Shown piece after piece: positions 55,640 through 64,000 of a DNA stretch of 64,000 bases. This DNA comes from Octopus sinensis (Eukaryota): NCBI RefSeq assembly GCF_006345805.1, contig NC_043011.1, positions 34,918,464 to 34,982,463 of the forward strand, read 5' to 3'. Numbering within the stretch: the stretch's first letter is position 1; the number at the start of each line of letters is the position of its first letter. The notes under the pieces are model-generated. The model did no database searches. It was not told the origin of the DNA and worked only from the letters and a program-made list of their open reading frames with translations. The position numbers were made by a program, and so were the translations under genes.

Positions 55640-56745
55640 ACTCATATGAGAACTTCTCTACTTTAAATGTTGCTAAATATATTGATAGTCTGAAGGCCAT
55701 CGCTGCATATTCAAAACGGTACTTTGTTTTCTGAATATCTTCCAAGGAATGACTCACTAGAGCTGAGTCATCAGCAAAGAGAAGTTAGCGAATCCACATA
55801 TCACAATAGGTCCCTGTGAATCTTAGTTTAGATCAGGGGTTCTCAACCATATTTTATTAATCGACCCCTTTAATTACTATTTTATTCAAGTGCACCCCCA
55901 TGACCATTTGATGTTTAAAAACTAGTTTTATAGAAACTTCTTTCAAAATGGCTATTTTGTTTTTCACACATTGAACAATATAACTAGGAGAAAGAAACTT
56001 AGCTATTTCTTGCAATTCATACCAATACATACATCTAAAGCAAAATCTTTTTTCAGGGGCTCTTAAAATTCTTTTGTGGATCCCCAATTTACTATTTTGT
56101 GGTGTGGAACCCCCAAAACCTTATATGGACTCTCAGGGGGATCCATGTAGACCCACTGGTCTAGATAGACTCCATCCAATCTGTTGCGGCTATATACTTC
56201 ATCTAGGAACTCACCATGTTTTCAATCATGGAACCCCTAAAAACGCAACTAGTGTTGGAGCGAGTGCTTTTCTCCATGGATGGCTAGGAAAGAGGCCGAG
56301 TAGTTGCTCCTAAGACAGATAGTAGAAATGTCTGAGTATCTCCACTAATCTGTCAGGACACTCATATTTTTGAGAAAGGTTCAGAAGTCCTCTTAACCCT
56401 TCACAGTAGAAAACCTCCGTAAGGTCGATGAATACAAGAAAAAGTGGGACTGACGGTTCGATAACCGTCTAGATGTATCGCAGGGTGGAAGTAGTGTCGC
56501 GTGTGTACCTAGACATAAAATCCACTCAGACTTTTAGGGAGAATTCGCTTGGACATTTTTACAATCGCTTGAACAATATTTCCTGTAATTGAGAGGAGAG
56601 GAATTCCTCGTTAATTTCCAGTGCTGCCAGTAACACCATTGTTCGTAAATGGTGATTACTTGGACACACTCGAACTGTTGCAGAAAGTTACAGCCTTGAC
56701 AACATTGTTTGAAGAGTTGGAGAAGTTCACATCGCAGTATGTTAG
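55640..56745 (-). mobile_element. Second decayed RTE LINE RT fragment, split by a hAT MITE
   Basis: LLFADDSALVSHSLEDIQ (YADD box), ALAPTL and VFIDLTE motifs. Confidence 0.75.
55834..56158. mobile_element. hAT MITE
   Basis: CAGGGGTTCTCAAC ... GTAGACCCACTG; TSD GTTTAGAT / GTCTAGAT. Confidence 0.8.
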
Positions 56746-57279
56746 ATAGTAATATTAGAAGCAGCTGCTTTATTTATCGACACCGAGAAGATGAATAGCA
56801 AAGTTGATCTCTCTGTCTCTCCACACACATATATATGTACTTAATGCTCAGTATATAATAATAATAATAATAATTGTGTACAGTGCTCAGGTGCACTACA
56901 ACTCATCTAAAGTGTATATATAATATATAATATAAAACGCTAAGTAGGAAAAAATCTATATACTCGTACATACACGCACACACTCCCGTGTGTTTACTCT
57001 ACAGAACGATGATTAACAGAGGCAACGTAAAAGTACATATTTCAAGAACTACATGTATTTTTCCTAAGTGTATGTATATATATATATATATAGGTAAACA
57101 GTAAAAATAATTACGTGTGTGTGTTATTTTCGTATGAATAAAAAAAATAAGAAAATATAATTTTTACATCTCAACCGGCTGATCGAAGTACTTTTTTAAA
57201 AAAATAAATTATAAACAAGCAAGCACATTTAATTATCGGAAAATATAAATATCGCCATCCACCCTGGCGATATGAAGGG

Positions 57280-58059
57280 GTCAATCACCTACATGGAATA
57301 TATTTCCTTCTCTCGCGTATTCTCGCTCTTACTCTCTACTCTCCTAACTCACACTCATCTGAGAAATTTATAAATATCACTTTCTGCGATTGGTTGTTCT
57401 TATCAGAACTCAACTAATCAGAAAGCATTTTACAAAGTGGCGGCATATTCTCATGTCTCTCTCGCTTTCTCTTTAGTACTTTAGTTACCCTCTATTTACC
57501 TCTTATCTCTCTAATATTACTCACTCTCTGTATATTTTCAGTCTTTTACTTACTTACTCTATACAAATCTAACTTAAGTCTCACACTTTTCCTCTTTGAA
57601 CTCACTCCCTCATTTTTCTTTTAGTTACTCTGTATATCGCTTCGCTAATTCTCGCTCTGTCTTTTATGTAACTCTTTCTGTTTTTTCTCGGTCAGTCACT
57701 CTCTTTATAACTTTACTCATTTCACATTGTTTCTCATTTTCTCTCTCTCTCCCCCTCTCCTCCCCCTTTCTCTACATTTTAGTATTATGGGTTGGCTTTC
57801 TTTTCGCCATATTGCAAAACACGCTATTTATTCCCTCATGATGATGGGGCCTATCGTGTGCTTTGCACCGATTTCTGCGGAAACCTAATTCGATTTCTCA
57901 AATTATAAAAGTAACGAACCAGAAAAAAAAAACCCAAAAAACAACAACATCGATATATAAGCGTTTGAAGGAGAAAAATAAGATACATCGACAAAAGGAA
58001 TTCTAACTCTGACGAAATAATTAGGATAAACAAACCCCCCTCGTTTTTTTCTCTTCATT
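57280..58059 (+). promoter_or_regulatory. Putative promoter and 5' UTR of the SCAF4/8 gene
   Basis: TE-free, relatively CpG-retaining region; inverted CCAAT (ATTGG 57389-57393); YY1-like motifs (aaagtggcggc ~57434, cgccatattg 57805-57814); pyrimidine-rich tract upstream of the ATG exon. Confidence 0.55.
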
Positions 58060-58089
58060 ATGGAAGCCGTGAGGGCGTTCAACAATGAG
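58060..58089 (+). CDS. SCAF8: First coding exon of SR-related CTD-associated factor (SCAF4/SCAF8 family; start of CID domain)
   Basis: ATG GAA GCC GTG AGG GCG TTC AAC AAT GAG|GTAAGG = MEAVRAFNNE, then a strong phase-0 donor. Recalled human N-termini are MEAVKTFNSE (SCAF8) and MDAVNAFNQE (SCAF4). Exon 2 was not found in the window. Confidence 0.78.
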
Positions 58090-58274
58090 GTAAGGCGTGT
58101 TTTTTATATATATCTATATATATCTATATCTATATATAATAATATAATATTATTATTATTGTTGGTCACAACATTGTGCTGTTTTTATGTATTTGAATTC
58201 CTATATAGTTTATAGTAAGGGAGTCTGTCTCATTTGAAATGAGGTAATAATGAATTATATATATATATATATAT

Positions 58275-58314
<40 letters not shown>

Positions 58315-58321
58315 ATATATA

Positions 58322-58355
<34 letters not shown>

Positions 58356-58568
58356 CTATATATATATAATAGATGTATGTGTGTAAAGTGTATGTATACG
58401 CTATCGACTATTGTTAGAAATAGTAACGATGTTTATTGTGTCACAACAGAAAATCCCCTGTAGTTTAAAATGTGAGTCCCCTTAATACGGCGTGTATGAT
58501 ATCAAAGGTGTAGCAACCGGTATGGTTGTTAGAATATAAGTGAAACTACATTGAATCGTGTGCATAAC

Positions 58569-58624
<56 letters not shown>

Positions 58625-58979
58625 GTGTGCATAAATGTAATGTGTGTGTTTGTGTGTGTGTATATACATATGTGTGTGTGTGCTTTCCTCACATAATGTA
58701 CGTTTGTATGTAAAAATATTTTTGCCATAGCTCATGTAACGTGCCATCATTATCATCATCATCGTTTATTATTTATCTATTAGCAGTCGTGCGTGTATAT
58801 CGCATCTGTATAAAATCCACCGTTGCTATTTAGCGGCGCCATAGTGTCACAAAACCTCCGTGACCCGGTTTCGATTCCAGGTCGTAGGCCATTTCATTTC
58901 CCCGTATTCTTTCACTTTCTTTACTTCCTATTATAGAATGAATCACGTCTTCCATGTAAACCGTTTGTGGCACAGATGC

Positions 58980-59580
58980 AAAAGGCCTGAAAATAGGAGG
59001 ATGTGATTAGTATCGACTACTTTATTTTATTGACACCGGTGATGATTGATTATAAATCACAAAGTTGGCTGCGGTGGGATTTGAACTTGGAAAGAGCCAT
59101 AACAAATATCGTGATGCCTTCCTGTTCGACGCTCTAACGATTGTAATAATCTATTGGGTTTCTAATTAAGAAACAAAACCAGTAGTTTTTGGGAGGAGGC
59201 AGGCAGTCGGTTACACCGCCTTCTATTATAGTACTTGATCGGTATTTAAAAAAAAAATTTTTTATCGATCCCGAAAGGATGAAAGGCAAAAGTGCCGGAA
59301 GAAATATCTCGCATTTTTCCCCCCAACGCTCTGACGATTCTGCCGTCCTTAATAATAATGGTTACAGATTTTTGCACAAGGCCAGCGATTTCGACGGAGG
59401 GGGATTAAGTCGATTACATCGACCCTAGGGCTCAACTGGTTCTTAATTTATCGACCCTGAAATGACGAAAGGCAAAGTCGAGCTCGAAGGAATTTGAACT
59501 CGAAACGTGAAGCTCGATGATATGTCGCCGGGCATTTTGTCCGACGCGCTAACGGTTCTGCCAGTTCGTCACCTTTTAAT
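58980..59580 (-). mobile_element. Three degenerate SINE B copies in intron 1
   Basis: tttatcgaccc.gaaa..atgaaaggcaaagtcg...gaatttgaactc motifs. Confidence 0.7.
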
Positions 59581-60379
59581 AATAATTTCAGTAATTTTGT
59601 TGATTACTCTTCCCGCTACATTAAATCGAAGTTTGTGACGATCTGACTGGAAATATCGACCACTAAGTGATTGATAAATAGTTTAGAAATATGGTATTCG
59701 TTATTGATTAATGCTATTTCATCAAACTTCCTCCTCTTTCTTTTTTTTTTTCTTTCAAGCATCTAATTTCAAAAGGAAAGAAGAGAAAGGCGATATGGTC
59801 GAGAACGAATCGATCACATTGAGTAACTTGCTACTTTTATAATTTCGTCGACCTCGGAAGGGTGAAATGCAAATTCGATCTCTGGCAAGCGTTTGAACTT
59901 TGAAACTTAGGATGGAGGTGGTGGTGTTAGTGGGGGGGGGGGTCAGGGTAGGGGAATTAGGACAGGCGTGGCTGTGTGGTAAGAAGTTTGTTTCCAGACC
60001 ACATGGTTCCGGGTAGGTTCAGTCCCATTGTGTGGCACCTTGGGGAGAAGCGTCTTCTACTACTTATGGCACCAAGTCGACGAAAGCTTCGTGAGCGTGG
60101 TGGACGGAAACTGAAAGGAGCCCGTCGTGTGTGTGTGTCCTCACCCAACCACTCGACAACCGGTGTTAGTTGGTCAACGTTCCTATAACCTAGCAGTTCA
60201 GCAAAAGTGGCAGAATAAATTTTGGGGTCGATTTGCTCGACTAAAGCCCTTCAAGCTGATGCTAGTGACTGAAATAAGCAAATGATAAAAGAAAGAGATA
60301 TCTTCAACCTGGCGTTCTATTCCTCTGTCTTATTCTCTAATCTTTAATAATGCTGATGGTGATTATGATAGTAGCAGTT

Positions 60380-60434
<55 letters not shown>

Positions 60435-60790
60435 AATGGGGAAAATGCTGTTTCTGCGGTGTGTTTATTAGTAAAACCACCAAAAAGTGGAAAGCCTACT
60501 CTCCAACGAATTTATTCCTTTAATTTTGCGTGTTTACGACATCTTGCATGTTTTACGACTGTCGGAAAGTGACGTTTTAAGGTCTCACGCCTTTGAGGGG
60601 AAAATGATTTCTGGCTTGGCGAGATCTTCTTGAAGCCCCCAAGATCCAAATCGTGGAAAAAAAAATTCAGTTTTGTTTTTTCTTTTACTAAGAAAACAAA
60701 ATCTTTAAATTGTAAAATTTTTTTATTACGCCTTTCTCTCTCATATATATATATATTTAGAGAGAGAGAAAGTGATTTGTATAGGTGTGT

Positions 60791-61044
60791 ATATATAGTG
60801 TAATATAATTTATACATGTGTATGTGTAATATATATATATATATATATATACACACATGTATAAATTATATTACACTATATATTTTTTTTACGGTGTGGT
60901 AGTACACTACAGATATCTATACAGTATATTGTGTGTATATAAATACAAACTTGTTATATATATATATATATAAACAAGTTTGTATTTATATACACACAAT
61001 ATACTGTATAGATATCTGTAGTGTACTACCACACCGTAAAAAAA
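60791..61044. repeat. Two abutting perfect palindromes centred on (AT)n
   Basis: 31-bp arms 60791-60821 / 60853-60883 and 72-bp arms 60884-60955 / 60973-61044. Confidence 0.95.
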
Positions 61045-64000
61045 TAATTAAATGTTCACACAATACATACATGCAATATAGTTTATAAGTGTGTTGTGTG
61101 TGTATTTATGATAAATTTTGCTCTTCACTACACACACTCACATATGCACACATGCTTTTCAAGTCGGGTGAATCATTAGTGCTGCCTTTATACTCAATGT
61201 TTCCACAAGGTGCAAGGTCTCTCAGATATATATTTTTTTGTGAATTCTCTCCTATTTATTAAATAATGAAAATAGGAAGATTTTTTTGCTTTTTGTATGC
61301 TTTTGTTATTGACGTCATTTTTGTCGAAGGTGTATTTCACAGGGACAGGCATAAAACTGATGTTTTCAATGTGGAATCGAAACCAGGTCACGATGTCTGT
61401 TTGCTGATAAGTTATCTATTCTGCGGAGCTTGCCCAAGCACGTGTGTATGTGTGACTGTACTTGTAATATATTTTGGACCCTCAATTAGGGACCAAAGTC
61501 CTAGTTTGAGAGGAAGTGGGGTGATAGGATTGTAACCGGCTTTATTAGTCTCTTGCCGAATACTTTTAAGCTTTATTTTAATTCTCCTCTCTTTCTCAAA
61601 TCTTAACTCCCCCCTCTCTCTCTCTCTACTATTGCAAACTACTTGATCTCTTTCAGCTAGGAATAGCAGCCAAGTCGCCTTCAAATTAAACTTCTATGCT
61701 CTTGTTAAAGGAAGGACACATTAGATAATTTAATGCTAAATGCATTTTGCCCGCGAAAAAAAAAAAAATAATAAAAGCCGGTATAATTGTATTTCTGTTT
61801 AATTGGGTTTGACCTGGGTTTAACCAACAACTATTGCTATAAATAGCAGTCAAATCTCGTTGAAATCACACACATTGCATAAGATAATCCTACATATATT
61901 TGTGCCTGTAAAAACGCTCACAATCATAGGCTTTGCTTTAGGGGCTAATTAACACGACCCTACAACAATCCTAAATGTTACTTCATATCTGTTGTTATTT
62001 AAATTTTTATGCTTGTTATTTACCGTTCAAACTCTGTGTGTGTAGTATATATGTGTTCGTTTTGTATTACTGGTTTCTAGGCTGTAAACCGTCCACTTAG
62101 CAACAAAACATAAAACTGCTATAAACAAGTTCACCGAACCTAATCAGCTACGATTTATTTCTACATTAAAAAAAAAGGCAAAAACTGAATAGGATTTTTT
62201 TTCTTCCTTTTTATGGATAAAGATGAACGTTATACTTTCCAATATGTTATCACTCGACAACCTGTAAGAAAGAGCAGCCAAATTTCCCTCCATTACTGTC
62301 TTAATAGGAAAGAAGACACGTTTGATGTGTATGTAGTTCGGTTAATAACGTTAGCATATTTAATGCAGTCGTGTAAAGAGTCTAGAACGCCTTTGAACAC
62401 CATCAATAGGTCTGGTCTACTCAATATAAATTGACCGGGAGTTGAACACTATTTTGCAACAACCGCCATTTAACTGGAAAATATAAACCTCTGGAAAATA
62501 TAAACCTCTGGTTTTCATGCTTGCAAGATTATTTTTTGGAAATCATTTTTCGCTTCGATTCTTTTTTTTTTTTTTTTTAAAGGTTGATGAAATTAGTAAA
62601 ACATGTGATCAACATAGCTGATCTCACCTGAAAAAAGTGTTACGTTAGGGAGGTTTCTCGCTGTGCGAGCGGATTAGGGAATTATTCCCCTCCATGTGGG
62701 TTTTCTTGCAGAATCTACTTTATCCAATGAAGCATAGCGTATGTTTCCTTTGAATCTGAGTACGTACGTACATACGTACGTATATGCTCTCGCGTTTATT
62801 TGTAATAATTGTGAGGTCTAGAAATATTTGCCGAGTAGTTAATATTTGAGTCCGGATCATTGTCGATTAAAAAGAGATCTATATGAATTAAAGCGTTCTA
62901 GGACTGCATTATCCGGCAGACATGGCGAAGAAAGATAGTGTTTGTTGAGTGTTATCTAGTTATGTATTCTACCAAGAATTACCTTTTATTCCCCCATACG
63001 CCACAATAATCACTCTATTGTCTTAATTGATGGGGATTTTGTTGCTATTTCTAGCGGATCGACAGACCACTTAGAAGCTAGCTTGTCAGCTTGTCTGCAC
63101 GCGACTTGTTTTGGTGGTGAATGTTGTTTATCCTACAAATCAACTGTGATTTGACTCTGATGAAAAACGGTGGCATAACTTCGCCAAAACGGTATTCCAG
63201 CTATGAACACCCCCGTCTTATACTCTTATTCAGTACACCTTAGTGTAATCTCGCCTCGAGGTGCATGCACTGTGATGGTTGTTTTGCAAACTACTTAGGT
63301 TCAAGTGTTTGGCTGTTTCAAGAAATTGCAGTTCCTGCAGTTAGGATGAGAGCTCACTGTCGGGCTTAAATTTCTATTTTGTTTATATGTAGTTATGGCG
63401 TGTCAGTTGTATATTGAGTGCAGGCATGACCAAATGGTTTATAATATTCGCTTCGCAGTCATGTCTCCCGGGTTGAGCAGAACGGGCTTGTGGGCGAAAT
63501 CGGGTTGACAGGAGCTGTGTGGAGGCCCTTCGGATGGATGCATTATCGTATTTGTGTAGTCTAAAGGCCCAACCTTTGTCACATGGTATCACCGGTGATT
63601 CAACCTGAGAATTTAGGAAGTGCATTAGCAGTAAATGTGTCTGTGGAATACACAGCCACTAATATGATGTTTATTTGACGATTAGCTATTCCGTTAGGAA
63701 CGAATGGAATGTTCATCGTCGAAGCCGACGGAGATCCGTTTTTTATTATTAAACCTAACTGAATTCTTACGTAATGCAAATAAGGCACACGAAACTTTGT
63801 CGGTGTTATTTGAAATTTTAGTTAATCGATGATGCGGTGGTCGTAGAAAATTTAACCTCATGTTAAGCAAGTCAGCAGTTTTTTTTCTTGTTCCACTCGA
63901 CACACACGTGTAATATGTAACTTTATAAGTACACTCGTGTTTGTCTGACTCTTTCTAATTATAAACTGCTGTATTTAACCGTCTCGTGTCAAGTGTACTT

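Noticed and set aside
58833-58890. tRNA-like sequence with B-box ggtttcgattcc
   Set aside because: No complete cloverleaf; most likely a SINE head remnant. The other tRNA-like heads in the window are also SINE parts.
60468-60500. aaaccacca (KPP) as a candidate SCAF exon 2
   Set aside because: No suitable acceptor or LxSL upstream and no ISRAKM downstream.

Overview
Repeat-saturated, AT-rich animal genomic DNA. The SINE families and the (TACA)n/(GATA)n/(TA)n load are strongly reminiscent of an Octopus (coleoid cephalopod) genome; this host call is inference from repeat recognition. Almost all ORFs in the supplied track are microsatellite or SINE read-throughs. Recognisable coding remnants are decayed transposons: a HERO-like RLE non-LTR element (10.6-12.5 kb), an R4/Dong-like element (27.3-28.4 kb), a Penelope-like RT (38.6-39.4 kb), RTE LINE pieces (51.4-56.7 kb), Helitron Rep and PIF1 pieces, and mariner and maT-type transposases. 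There are also many MITEs with clean TSDs (hAT, Merlin-like, piggyBac-like, Tc1/mariner) and several tRNA-derived SINE families. One host gene is detectable and is missed by the ORF track: the promoter and 30-nt first coding exon (MEAVRAFNNE|gtaag, 58060-58089) of a SCAF4/SCAF8-family gene. Its first intron runs off the window and contains two abutting perfect palindromes centred on (AT)n. The other notable signals are minimal hammerhead-ribozyme motifs in short Penelope-type elements, nested MITE clusters, a templated insertion and several local duplications or inversions. I found no clearly novel multi-gene system.
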